This document shows, one piece after another, positions 45,593 through 55,553 of a DNA stretch of 64,000 nucleotides (the stretch's first letter is position 1; each line of letters begins with the position of its first letter). The translations under genes and the position numbers were made by a program. This DNA is from Candidatus Omnitrophota bacterium (GTDB lineage: Bacteria > Omnitrophota > Gorgyraeia > B26-G9), in NCBI GenBank assembly GCA_043826565.1, contig JBDRPX010000006.1, positions 14,456 through 78,455 of the forward strand, given 5' to 3'. Under the pieces are notes generated by a model, which was not told where the DNA came from, made no database searches, and worked only from the letters and a program-made list of their open reading frames with translations.

Positions 45593-45922
45593 CTAAATTT
45601 TTCTTGAATATAAGAGCAATTGAATTGTGGCAATTATATGGAAAAGAATCGCAAAACATAATACGAGGATTCCTTCTTCTCCCAAAGGAGGCAGAAAAAA
45701 CATAACCATACCGATAAGTACTATCGGAATTGACCAATATATGAATATTTTTCCTCCGTATTCATTGATCTTATACCAATTTTCTTCTGATTTAAATGCT
45801 TTCGGCAGCCTCATTCCATACCATCTATTCATTTTTATTTTTCTTTTTAAAAGCGGCAGGCATAAAGCGACCATAAGCAGCCCATAGAAAATGACTAGTG
45901 CCGCGATTTTGATATTATTCAT
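45593..45922 (-). CDS. SdpI/YhfL-family small membrane protein
   Basis: 109 aa with 3 TM helices and an NRWYGMRLP motif typical of the SdpI/YhfL family. Confidence 0.5.
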   Translation of the reverse strand: MNNIKIAALVIFYGLLMVALCLPLLKRKIKMNRWYGMRLPKAFKSEENWYKINEYGGKIFIYWSIPIVLIGMVMFFLPPLGEEGILVLCFAILFHIIATIQLLLYSRKI

Positions 45923-45965
45923 ATTTTATGCCTTTGCGAATTCAAAATGTTTAATCAGAATTATC

Positions 45966-46664
45966 CTAATGGGTTTTGGTAAAATGAGTCGAGAAATATT
46001 CCGGTAATTTCGTTTCAAACCTCATCTCTTGATTATTCAAAGGGTGTTTAAACTTAATCGACCACGCGTGCAATGCTAAACGCCCCTTTGTGCTCTTGCC
46101 GTATTTCATATCCCCGACAATGGGATGCCCGTTTTCCGCCAAGTGAACACGAATTTGATTTTTTTTACCGGTCAAAAGATCAATTTCCAATAAACTATAC
46201 TTATTAGATTCCCTGATTACCTTATATTGGGTTCTCGCGAATTTCCCTTCTTGGGGATTGCCCACAGTCCGCATTTTATAATCATCATCTTCCGCGATAT
46301 AAGATTCTATTATACTGCTTTTTTTCTTTAAATTACCATAGACTAAAGCCAGGTATTTCTTTTCTACATTTTTCCACTGTTTCGCAAAGTTCTCGCGGAT
46401 CTCCAGACTTTTAGCAAAGATCAACACTCCCGAAGTTTCCCGGTCCAGCCGATGCACAACAAACAGCTCGATCCTTGCTTTGGGATTGCCTTTTTTAACA
46501 TAATTTGTAAGTAACTGATGCGCGGTTTTTTCTTTTTCGTAATTAGCTTTAACACTTAAAAGCCCCGCGCTTTTATCAATGACGATGATCGCCCGGTCTT
46601 CATAAAGGATTTTAATGCCGGCCGGTACATATCTGGTTCTTACTTTTATTTTTGATATAATCAT
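45966..46664 (-). CDS. RluA-family pseudouridine synthase
   Basis: 232 aa. Catalytic motif HRLDRETSGVLIFAK. Lacks an S4 domain. Confidence 0.85.
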   Translation of the reverse strand: MIISKIKVRTRYVPAGIKILYEDRAIIVIDKSAGLLSVKANYEKEKTAHQLLTNYVKKGNPKARIELFVVHRLDRETSGVLIFAKSLEIRENFAKQWKNVEKKYLALVYGNLKKKSSIIESYIAEDDDYKMRTVGNPQEGKFARTQYKVIRESNKYSLLEIDLLTGKKNQIRVHLAENGHPIVGDMKYGKSTKGRLALHAWSIKFKHPLNNQEMRFETKLPEYFSTHFTKTH

Positions 46665-46717
46665 ATTTTTTCAATCTTGTTGTTTTACGCTTTGTTTATC
46701 CCGCCGCGCCAGCAGGC

Positions 46718-47299
46718 TTAACGTGCAGATCTTCCTTGCCTTCTTTCATCACGTATTTTAAATGATTCCTCTCTTGATATGTGGACAGATTCTACCTTTT
46801 TCTCTGAGTCTGTTTTTTGCGGTGGAGCATATGACGGATCTTTTCTTAATACTATATAAACCGGTTCCATGGTTTTCCAAAGATCACAATCTAGTGCTAA
46901 AAATAAATTTTCTCCTTTTAGCATATATAACCACTTATCTCCGGAAAGATCTAACCTATCTCCCTCTATTTTCCAATTCAATATCTCGTCTTTTGATTGA
47001 TTGGAATTTCTGGAAATCAACTTCCCATCGGCTTCAAAAATAAAACATTCAAAAACTGAAGCAACTAAATAATCTAAAAAAACTTCCAGTCTTTCCTTAC
47101 TATATCTAAATTCTATAGCTTTCGTCAGTTTTTCATCATCCAGATCATCCTCGGAAATCGGGGTTTGAGCATCAAGTGATGCCGCATACCCATCCCATTT
47201 GCCAATGAGCTGGCTTTCACTATTGACAACACCATCCTCCTGCGCAAAGCAAACTGAACTCACCAATAACATAATTATTACAAAAACATATTTTTTCAT
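46718..47299 (-). CDS. secreted hypothetical protein (lipocalin-like GKW motif)
   Basis: 193 aa with an N-terminal signal peptide (MKKYVFVIIMLLVSSVCFA|QE). No confident family. Charged C-terminal tail. Confidence 0.45.
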   Translation of the reverse strand: MKKYVFVIIMLLVSSVCFAQEDGVVNSESQLIGKWDGYAASLDAQTPISEDDLDDEKLTKAIEFRYSKERLEVFLDYLVASVFECFIFEADGKLISRNSNQSKDEILNWKIEGDRLDLSGDKWLYMLKGENLFLALDCDLWKTMEPVYIVLRKDPSYAPPQKTDSEKKVESVHISREESFKIRDERRQGRSAR

Positions 47300-47376
47300 A
47301 AAATTCTCCTTCTTTTTTGTTAAATTTTATTTTACAATTTTATTTAATTATTTTTCTCCATATAATATTTAAGCTC

Positions 47377-47396
47377 AACCCCGCTATGGCGGGGTT
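47377..47396 (-). terminator. putative intrinsic terminator hairpin overlapping the GGDEF-gene stop codon
   Basis: Perfect 8-bp stem AACCCCGC / GCGGGGTT with a 4-nt loop. On the minus transcript it is followed by an AT-rich stretch with a weak U-run. Confidence 0.35.
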
Positions 47397-48447
47397 ACGC
47401 GGAGTTATTGTCTCTTCTATTTACAATGACACAGTTTTTAAAGCCTTTCTTCCCCTCATAAAGGGCGTCATCGGCAAGTTTTATTACCCCATCAATATCC
47501 TTTGCCTGATTAGAAGCGGCAACCCCAAAGGTCATCGTGGTCTTGAGTAAACCACAGGACATGTTTATAGACAATCCCGCAATATTTTTTCTTAAACGTT
47601 CTATTGCCAGCTTGCCTCCGTCCCAATCAGTTTCCGGAAGTAGAATTAAAAATTCTTCTCCTCCCCAGCGCCCGATAATGTCCTGCGCGCGCAAGGTATC
47701 TTTCATCGTTTTGGTTACTTCAATAAGAACAGCATCCCCATCATCATGGCCGTAACTATCATTGATATGTTTAAAATCATCAATATCGCCGATAGCGATC
47801 AGGTAAGGTTTTTTGCTGCGTATTGTCCTGATGTTTTCGAGTTCTATTAACTCGATCATCTTTCTCCGGTTAAATAAGTTTGTTAAGGGATCTGTTGTCG
47901 CGGCTATGTATAGATTATCCTGTATTTTTAGAAGCATTGACTCGTAGCGGTTTAATGATACTTGTATGAATATGGATAATACAATACCCGACCCCAGAAA
48001 AAATATATTTGTCAGCAGGTCTTTAATCGTAAACGGCAGCAAAAACTGTAAGAGAAAATGCTGAAATAGGATCACAACCATGATCAGGCCGAATTTAAAA
48101 GAATTTATCCGGGCAAAAGCGGCACCGCCGATTATTACCAGAAGATTTCCCACGAAATAGATGGAAGCAAAGCCTTCTCCGACAATAAAACACATTAAGC
48201 TGATACCGAACGCGCTGGGGATCAGGTATGCTGCGGCTAAAAGGTCAAATTTCTGTTCCGGAAGTTTTAATGCCAGATAAGAACAGAACGACAGCCAGGC
48301 CACAAGCAGTATTCTGATTTTAATAAGTGCTGAAGTATATTCAGGATAAACAAATAGATCTAAAACATAAAATGCAAGATATAGGATTACACCTAAAAAT
48401 AGATTGATGAGTATTGATTGCTTGACTTGTGATAATTGTATTTTCAT
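47395..48447 (-). CDS. diguanylate cyclase (GGDEF) with N-terminal integral-membrane sensor domain
   Basis: 350 aa. ~6 TM helices, then a GGDEF domain (…RWGGEEFLILLP…) with a likely intact active site GGEEF. Confidence 0.85.
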   Translation of the reverse strand: MKIQLSQVKQSILINLFLGVILYLAFYVLDLFVYPEYTSALIKIRILLVAWLSFCSYLALKLPEQKFDLLAAAYLIPSAFGISLMCFIVGEGFASIYFVGNLLVIIGGAAFARINSFKFGLIMVVILFQHFLLQFLLPFTIKDLLTNIFFLGSGIVLSIFIQVSLNRYESMLLKIQDNLYIAATTDPLTNLFNRRKMIELIELENIRTIRSKKPYLIAIGDIDDFKHINDSYGHDDGDAVLIEVTKTMKDTLRAQDIIGRWGGEEFLILLPETDWDGGKLAIERLRKNIAGLSINMSCGLLKTTMTFGVAASNQAKDIDGVIKLADDALYEGKKGFKNCVIVNRRDNNSA

Positions 48448-48613
48448 ATAATTCCTAAATCATTTTCCCATAGCGTTTGAGCTCAGACTATTCAGCTGAT
48501 GGCTAATGGTCGATGGTCGATAGCTCACAGATGTTGCTTTTTGTTTTTTATAATATTTACTATTAGCTATTATCCATAAGCTATAAGCCATTTTGTTTGC
48601 CTGAAGTGAATCA

Positions 48614-49147
48614 TTATAGATTAATTAAATTATCAATATCATTTTCCCAATTTTCGGGATTGGTTGTAATATAATTTCTGATTTTATTTAATGATTTATC
48701 GTTACGGATAATGTGATCGTGAAATGATCGTTGCCAGATTTGTCCGCAAACATTCAGATTTTCGTTATTAATATATTGCAGATATTCAACAGATATTTTT
48801 GATTTTAATGACCCGATAATGTTTGATATCGTAGGGACAGGGCTTGCCCCTGTCCGTTTATTTATAATTAAAATACCGTGTAAATGGTTAGGCATGATAA
48901 TATATTGATCCAATTCAATGTTTTTATACTGATTAGGTAAATCGTTCCATTGGCTATCAATAATTTGACCTAATTTGGTTAATTTAATATTGTTTCGGAC
49001 AGCCGCAAGGGCTGTCCCTACGTTATTTGTATATTCACCAAATATAATTTCTCGGTTTCTTGAACAAATGGTTACAAAATAATAACCTTCCAGCGAATAA
49101 TCATAATCCTTTAATCTATTTAATTTTCTTGTTTTTAAATTTTGCAT
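48614..49147 (-). CDS. IS200/IS605-like Y1 (HUH) transposase, RAYT/TnpA_REP type
   Basis: 177 aa. YFVTICSRNREIIFGEY, HUH motif in MPNHLHGIL, and catalytic-Tyr region WQRSFHDHIIRN…YITTNPENW. Confidence 0.75.
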   Translation of the reverse strand: MQNLKTRKLNRLKDYDYSLEGYYFVTICSRNREIIFGEYTNNVGTALAAVRNNIKLTKLGQIIDSQWNDLPNQYKNIELDQYIIMPNHLHGILIINKRTGASPVPTISNIIGSLKSKISVEYLQYINNENLNVCGQIWQRSFHDHIIRNDKSLNKIRNYITTNPENWENDIDNLINL

Positions 49148-49236
49148 TTTTATTTCACTCTAACAATTAATATACATACTACACGTTTACCTGTTAAGTT
49201 AGTCTTTAATCAAATCTTTTTAGCTTAAAATCTTCG

Positions 49237-49584
49237 TTATTGTGATAAGTATGTTCTTATCTGAATAAGATTATCGGTTAAAGGTATTTTGCTCAGATCA
49301 CAAAACCTATAGAACAACCAAATAAAAAAGAGGATTATTACAAAAGCAATGCCTGCAAAAATAATTAGATAAAAAAAGTTCTTTTTTAATTCCTTCTTTT
49401 CTCTTTGGGGATTATAACCTACTTTTAAAAGCAAATTATATACACATCTAAACAGTAAACCGATCGATAAAACATACATAAAAAATACCGGGATAAGATA
49501 TCCGCTTTTAAATATTTCCAGAATAAACCACCCGCAACATATTAAATACCCCAGAAAATGCATATAACCTGATTTATCAAACAT
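49237..49584 (-). CDS. hypothetical small membrane protein
   Basis: 115 aa with 3 predicted TM helices. No recognisable family. Confidence 0.4.
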   Translation of the reverse strand: MFDKSGYMHFLGYLICCGWFILEIFKSGYLIPVFFMYVLSIGLLFRCVYNLLLKVGYNPQREKKELKKNFFYLIIFAGIAFVIILFFIWLFYRFCDLSKIPLTDNLIQIRTYLSQ

Positions 49585-49820
49585 TTTATTTTCCTTTTTT
49601 CAGCATCCAATTAGTATCTGAGTTTCTGAAAATCTTACCTATTTATCAACTTTTATAACCCCGTCACAAAGCAAAAAAAGCGAGCCCCTGTTTTGAGGAA
49701 ATCGCCTTAAAAAATACTAAATCAACTATAATCATTAACCTAACTCCGCTAATACATTACAATAAAATCACATAAAATAACGTACCATATTAGACGGATT
49801 TAGTCAATTCATAAAAACCT

Positions 49821-50213
49821 TTAATGAAAAACCCCGGCTTTGCCAATACACCTTTGAACCCTACTCCCCAGTTCAGGTAATCTAAACGGCTTTAACAGAT
49901 AATCAGTTACCCCCTCAAATTCAAAAGCCTTTTTAAATTGCTCCTGAGCGGATATTATAATTATCGGAACATTACGGATGGAATTGTTATATTTAAGCTT
50001 TTTGACAAAAGTATAACCGTCAATCTTCGGCAGCATAATATCCAGAATAACTAAATCCGGATCCTCAGAAATTATCTTTTTTAAGCCCTCTTCTCCGTCA
50101 TACGCGCAAATAGCTTCATACCCGTAGGCTTCCAGATAAGACTTAATAATCTCTACCATTGCCGCTTCATCATCTACAACTAATATTTTTTTGCGCATGA
50201 TTAACACCTCCAA
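49821..50213 (-). CDS. single-domain response regulator (CheY-like receiver)
   Basis: 130 aa. ILVVDDE…DLVILDIMLPKIDG…PIIIISA shows the receiver-domain Asp pocket and the phospho-acceptor Asp. Confidence 0.85.
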   Translation of the reverse strand: MEVLIMRKKILVVDDEAAMVEIIKSYLEAYGYEAICAYDGEEGLKKIISEDPDLVILDIMLPKIDGYTFVKKLKYNNSIRNVPIIIISAQEQFKKAFEFEGVTDYLLKPFRLPELGSRVQRCIGKAGVFH

Positions 50214-50381
50214 TATCTATTGACAGTCAAAGAAAGATTGGCACACGATGTTATTCAATATTACATATTAATACAGCAAAAAAACAAGAGCTACCCTACA
50301 ATACAATAATATCATATAATACTATGCTTGTCAATTTATAAAGGATTTAAAAGGTACGTTTAAGGCAAGTTACAAATATTA

Positions 50382-51344
50382 CTAGATTATTAGCTTGGGC
50401 TGGTCCTTAAAAAATTTCTCAACTAAAACAGAATACTGCTCGACTTTTTTAACCTTAGTAATCGCGCGGAAAAGCTTATTTCCGCCTTCAAACGCCTTCA
50501 CCCAGTATTCCCATATCTCTTTCATCTTATCGGTTATATGGCGCGGTCCGCTTAGCTCCTGTTGGTACAAAGCAAATAGTTCATTATGAAAGCTGATAAA
50601 CCGGCCGAGCCTTTCTTTTTTTGTCCCGGAGTCTAAACCTTTGATCTGTTCCGCGAGAAAAGGATTCGTAATCCCTCCCCGGCCGATCATCCATCGATTG
50701 ATATTAGGGAAACGCTGGGAGAGTTTTTTGAATGTTTCCAAAGAATCAATATCTCCGTTATAAACCACCGGATGTTTGGTCAAAGATAAACTTTGCGCAA
50801 AAGCCGATAAATCCACTTCTCCGGAATATAATTGCTCACCGGTGCGCGGATGAATAATTATTTCCTGCAGCGGGAAATCCTTAAGTAAAGGCAGGAGTTC
50901 AAATAATTCCTGACTGTCTTTCTTCCCCAGCCTGACCTTTAATGATATTTTAATCGGCAGCGCGGGAATAACTTTATCCAGAAATTCGATTATCTGCCAA
51001 GTATAAGGAAGCAAGCCGGATCCTCTTTTTTTATTTCTTACTTTTTTATTCGGGCAGCCGAGATTCCAGTTTACACTCTCATAACCAAGTTCCGCGATAG
51101 CCTTGGCCATAGAGATGAAATCCTCCGGGCTATTGCTTAATATCTGCGGGATGATCTTAAACCCGGCTTTATTCCGCGCCGGGAAAAGATCACGCAGGAC
51201 CCGGCTTTGCGGGCTGTCAATATTACAACTGCGGATAAATGCCGTAATACAATAATCATATCCCGTAAATATGCGTGAATGAGCATTGCGGTATGTGGAG
51301 TTGGTAATGCCCTGAATCGGGGCCATATAAAGAATCTGGCTCAT
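50382..51344 (-). CDS. tRNA-dihydrouridine synthase (Dus family)
   Basis: 320 aa. MAPIQGITNSTYR…NLGCP..KV is a Dus TIM-barrel signature with the catalytic Cys region. Confidence 0.8.
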   Translation of the reverse strand: MSQILYMAPIQGITNSTYRNAHSRIFTGYDYCITAFIRSCNIDSPQSRVLRDLFPARNKAGFKIIPQILSNSPEDFISMAKAIAELGYESVNWNLGCPNKKVRNKKRGSGLLPYTWQIIEFLDKVIPALPIKISLKVRLGKKDSQELFELLPLLKDFPLQEIIIHPRTGEQLYSGEVDLSAFAQSLSLTKHPVVYNGDIDSLETFKKLSQRFPNINRWMIGRGGITNPFLAEQIKGLDSGTKKERLGRFISFHNELFALYQQELSGPRHITDKMKEIWEYWVKAFEGGNKLFRAITKVKKVEQYSVLVEKFFKDQPKLII

Positions 51345-52549
51345 GCGTGTTTAGGCTTACTTTTTTTGTGATCAGGATGGAACGTGCGTTTCTTTTTTTC
51401 TGATTTTGGTTCCTGTGCCTGGGTTTTATGTTTATCTAAAAGAGGATTTTCTCCAACCCATATCGGCTCGACTTTCTTTTTTATAATAAGCGCATTAAAC
51501 GCGGGAAGATCATGTTTAGTAACAAAAGTAAACGCTTTTCCTTTCCTGCCCATCCTGCCGGCCCGGCCGGTACGATGCGTATACTGCTCTGCTCCTCCGG
51601 GAAAATCCCAGTTGATTATATGCGAAACATGCGAAAAATCAAGCCCCCGGCCGGCAACATCCGTAGCAATAAGATAATGGATTTCCTTTTTACGGAACTT
51701 ACGGATGATCGAAGTGCGTTTCTCCTGCCTAAGCCCGGCATGAATAAATTCAACATCTTTTACGTGATTACGTAAAGTTCGGAATAATTTATCCACCAGA
51801 TGACGGGCATTACAAAAAATGAGCGCCTGCGTGATCTTTTCGGATTTAAGAAAACTTTCCAGCTCCTGCTGTTTATTCTTGGGATGAAGATATTTAAAGC
51901 AATGTTCAATACTTGCCGGAGCCGCTCTTTTCTTAATCAGCGAAATATGCACCGGGTCCCGCAAACAGTCATGAGCAAGTATCTTGATATCATCGGCCAT
52001 GGTCGCGGAAAACAGAATCGTCTGATGTTCATGAATAATACAAGACATCAATAATTTGATATCACTAAAAAAACCTTCCTGTAAAAGCTCGTCCGCTTCA
52101 TCTAAGATCGCGCATTTTACATTGGAAAGATCGACAATACCTTCATACAAAAGATCGATCAGCCGGCCCGGCGTCGCCACGAGAATATGTACGCCGTGCT
52201 TGAGCTTGGCAATCTGTATTTCCCGGCTAAAGCCTCCGTATATGGCAAAAGGCGCTAAATCGGTCCTCTGAGCAATCGTCTGGATATCCGTAACATACTG
52301 CAGGCATAATTCACGCGTCGGCACGATCACCAGCCCCTGAATGGTATTTTCGGACGTATCTACTTTTTGGATCAGCGGAATGGCGCAAGCCGCGGTCTTG
52401 CCTGAGCCGGTCTCCGCCAGAGCGCAAAGGTCCTGGCCGGCAGCAATTATCGGATAAGTCGCCTCCTGAATCGGAGTCATGTCCTCAAAACCCATTTTTT
52501 TCAGGGACTCCAGGATATTTGACGGTAAATTAAGTTCACTAAATTTCAT
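51341..52549 (-). CDS. DEAD-box ATP-dependent RNA helicase
   Basis: 402 aa with Q-motif, Walker A ETGSGKT, DEAD box (ILDEADELL), SAT and HRTGRAGR motifs. Confidence 0.9.
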   Translation of the reverse strand: MKFSELNLPSNILESLKKMGFEDMTPIQEATYPIIAAGQDLCALAETGSGKTAACAIPLIQKVDTSENTIQGLVIVPTRELCLQYVTDIQTIAQRTDLAPFAIYGGFSREIQIAKLKHGVHILVATPGRLIDLLYEGIVDLSNVKCAILDEADELLQEGFFSDIKLLMSCIIHEHQTILFSATMADDIKILAHDCLRDPVHISLIKKRAAPASIEHCFKYLHPKNKQQELESFLKSEKITQALIFCNARHLVDKLFRTLRNHVKDVEFIHAGLRQEKRTSIIRKFRKKEIHYLIATDVAGRGLDFSHVSHIINWDFPGGAEQYTHRTGRAGRMGRKGKAFTFVTKHDLPAFNALIIKKKVEPIWVGENPLLDKHKTQAQEPKSEKKKRTFHPDHKKSKPKHA

Positions 52550-52711
52550 ATATTTTTATCCTATCTAAAAAAAAGACAATCCCATAAAAGAAGGATCGTC
52601 TTAGTTTTTCAATTCTTAATTTTTCATTCCCACTCTCACCAGCTAACAACATCATACTATATGATATTATAGAAGTAAAAATAAGTCAATTTATTATTAG
52701 CAAAGCGCCGG

Positions 52712-55546
52712 CTAACGGCATAAACTCACAAACGGGCAATATCGGCAGGATTCCTCGGATTCATCAGACACAAAAGGCATATTCATATCATGGATCTCTT
52801 CAATAATAAAACTAAGCAGGCCCAGGCACAACTGCATAATTTCATCTTTATGCTCATATTCTTTTGGCTTGGGGAAATAATTCATATCCAGGGTTCTTAA
52901 ATTATAGAGCGCCGCGCTAACTATCTGCCCAGGATACTGCTCCTGCACACAATGCAAATATAAAGGCAGCTGAAAAGACCGAATTGACTTTTTTATGATC
53001 TGACGATCCGGAGCCTCCATTGCTTTTTCTAAAGTAGCCAAACCACGCGGAGTAATATCCGAACTGCCGGTTTTATAATCAAGCACTAATAAGTTTTCTG
53101 AATCAATCCGGTCAATCCGGTCAATCCGGCATTTAAAGGAAACAGTCCGGCTGCCCAGATCAATATTTTTGACTATCTCCTGCTCTAAACCTTCAATGCT
53201 GGCTACCGGCCGGACCTTAGGATCGGCTTCATTATCCAAAAATCTTTCCAAGCGATGCCTTAGTATTTGCTCAATCATAAAAGCATCTGATTTCATCCTG
53301 CGGGAAAACTCAGCCGCAAAACGTTTATCAAATTCCTTGAAAAATCTTTTTCTAAAAGCATCGTTTATTACCGGAGTATTTTTCATAAACGGCTTAAAAG
53401 TGTCTTCTAAAAGGTCATGAGTAAAAGTCCCGACTTCCCGGCTTTCCAGCTCATCAAGCATATCTTCTTTTTCACTTAAACCCAATACATATCGATAATA
53501 AAATTGCATTGGGCAATTAAGGTATGTATTTACACTCGAGGCTGAAAACGTAATGTCTTTTAAAAATTCCTCAACATTATTGTCTTTGGCAATTTCTCCC
53601 TGTTTCTGAAGCACTTCCACATTAAAAGCAGCTCGGGGAACACTCACCACTCCCATTGATTTAGCTTCTTTTTCTTTTTGCCAGATAATCTCTTCAATAA
53701 AGCGGCTTTTTTCTTTATCCGGGCTATCGTTATATACTAGATGAACATTCTTGGCTCCGCTGATCAGCCGCATAAACTGGTATCTTTGAATTCCTTCTTC
53801 TTCCTCCAACCGATCAATCCCCAAGCTAACCATTATCGGCCGCGGCACCAGGGGTTCATTAGCGCTAAGCCTCGGCAAGATGGATTCATTAACATCCAGG
53901 ATAATGACATTTTCGAAACTCAAAGCCCGGGTCTCAAATAGCCCCAGCACTTGCAGACCTTTTAACGGAGTTCCGGAAAAAGCAATTTTTTCAGTTTTTA
54001 AAAAATCATCGAATATTTTAAATATCTCAAGTGTTCCAAAACGCTCCTTAACAATGGCCGGAGCTTTAAATTCTTCCGCGATTGAATAAATCTTTTTAAT
54101 AATCTTAATATTCAGAGGATAATTGCTTAACACACTTTTTTCTACCAGCATATCCAGGAAATCTGATAGCTTATCAGCAAATTCGCCTAAAGAACCGATC
54201 TCTTCCCACATACAAAATGCATAATGATGAAGTTTGCTTAGAAAATCCTTCAGGTCATCGGTTTTTAAATCAAAACCCATGGGTTGCAGCTGTTCCAGAT
54301 TAAGCGTATACAATTCTTCCTGATTTTCAATTAACTCAATATCTAAAAATAAACTGCCGGACAAAGTTGATTCCGCAAGGCCGGAAAGCATCTCTTCAAT
54401 TTTATGAACCATCATTCTAGTGGGAGTTCCGTCTTTAAAAAATGCTAGATTTTTAAGCAACGGATGCATCAGCACTGCTAAATAATCTTTTGCATAGTAG
54501 CCCTGCTTATTTCGAGTTTTTTGAGCCCGATTTATCGCACTGAAAAGGCTATATAAACTACTCCGGCGCACAGGATACCCCATGGATACATTATAATCAT
54601 CAACCGAAGATGTAATCTCACTTAATAAAGGCAGCAAAGTATCCGCCTGAGGCAAAACAACTACGGTACTATTTTTGTTTTTTATTTCTTTCAGTATCTG
54701 GCGAACTATCCCGACCTCTGAATGATTATCAAACCCGGCATACAAATTAATCTCCGGGCCGGAATCAGGACTTTGGGCAGATATAATATCAGCTTTCAAA
54801 AATTCCGCCAGCTCTTCAAATTGCTGCCATTTGCTTTGGTCCTTTTGAAAAAATAATATTGCCTTTGAACTATCATAATAGTTTTTAATAACTTTTTTCT
54901 CTGTTAAGTGCAGATCAAAGAAATTACAAAATAAAATTTTATCAAATTCTTCAAGGCTCTGATCCGCCACAATTTCTGAGGCTCGAAGATACAAAAATCC
55001 CCGGGCATACTTATTATCTTCAATCAAATTTTGATGATACAGCTCCCGCAATCTCATAAGATTCTCAAGCAAAGCATTAATATTATCCGGAACTTCATAA
55101 CCAATCTGAGCATTACGCTCAATACTTATCAATCTGTCCTGATCAATGTTTTCGATATCCAGCTGATCGATAAAAGAACTTATTTCCCGAGCCCAAGGAA
55201 GAAAATCAGAAAAATCTTCTCGGGACTTTAATATCTCAGGAATATTAGTTTTCGCTATTCTGTAAATTGAATAACAAGCTTCTAAATCAGGAATCCTGGT
55301 GACCTTCTTACCCGAACAGACTAAATAGTTCATAAAATCATCTATAGAAAAAAACTTAGGCGGAATAAAACTTTTCTTTATTTTCTTTGCTAAATTACGC
55401 TTTAGAAATAAAGCCGGTCTTCGCCCTCCAAAAACAATCGCAATCCGGCTTAAATCCTGCGTGTTTTGAGCATAGTTATCGACGATAAAACTACCCAGCC
55501 GATCAATAAAATCATCATTAAAATTATAGGTTATTATTCTATCCAT
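52712..55546 (-). CDS. addB: AddB-like helicase-nuclease subunit (PD-(D/E)XK nuclease with Fe-S cysteines)
   Basis: 944 aa. C-terminal nuclease domain has the Cys cluster (YLNCPMQFYY … CRYCPFVSLC) typical of AddB/RexB. Directly downstream of the addA-like gene. Confidence 0.7.
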   Translation of the reverse strand: MDRIITYNFNDDFIDRLGSFIVDNYAQNTQDLSRIAIVFGGRRPALFLKRNLAKKIKKSFIPPKFFSIDDFMNYLVCSGKKVTRIPDLEACYSIYRIAKTNIPEILKSREDFSDFLPWAREISSFIDQLDIENIDQDRLISIERNAQIGYEVPDNINALLENLMRLRELYHQNLIEDNKYARGFLYLRASEIVADQSLEEFDKILFCNFFDLHLTEKKVIKNYYDSSKAILFFQKDQSKWQQFEELAEFLKADIISAQSPDSGPEINLYAGFDNHSEVGIVRQILKEIKNKNSTVVVLPQADTLLPLLSEITSSVDDYNVSMGYPVRRSSLYSLFSAINRAQKTRNKQGYYAKDYLAVLMHPLLKNLAFFKDGTPTRMMVHKIEEMLSGLAESTLSGSLFLDIELIENQEELYTLNLEQLQPMGFDLKTDDLKDFLSKLHHYAFCMWEEIGSLGEFADKLSDFLDMLVEKSVLSNYPLNIKIIKKIYSIAEEFKAPAIVKERFGTLEIFKIFDDFLKTEKIAFSGTPLKGLQVLGLFETRALSFENVIILDVNESILPRLSANEPLVPRPIMVSLGIDRLEEEEGIQRYQFMRLISGAKNVHLVYNDSPDKEKSRFIEEIIWQKEKEAKSMGVVSVPRAAFNVEVLQKQGEIAKDNNVEEFLKDITFSASSVNTYLNCPMQFYYRYVLGLSEKEDMLDELESREVGTFTHDLLEDTFKPFMKNTPVINDAFRKRFFKEFDKRFAAEFSRRMKSDAFMIEQILRHRLERFLDNEADPKVRPVASIEGLEQEIVKNIDLGSRTVSFKCRIDRIDRIDSENLLVLDYKTGSSDITPRGLATLEKAMEAPDRQIIKKSIRSFQLPLYLHCVQEQYPGQIVSAALYNLRTLDMNYFPKPKEYEHKDEIMQLCLGLLSFIIEEIHDMNMPFVSDESEESCRYCPFVSLCR

Positions 55547-55553
55547 TTAACCT

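Noticed and set aside
48448-48613. Searched for REP-type palindromic repeat arrays flanking the RAYT transposase
   Set aside because: Only short, imperfect tandem motifs were found (tggtcga x2, ataagc x2). There are no GC-rich 20-40-nt palindromes in either flank, so no REP or BIME element can be called.
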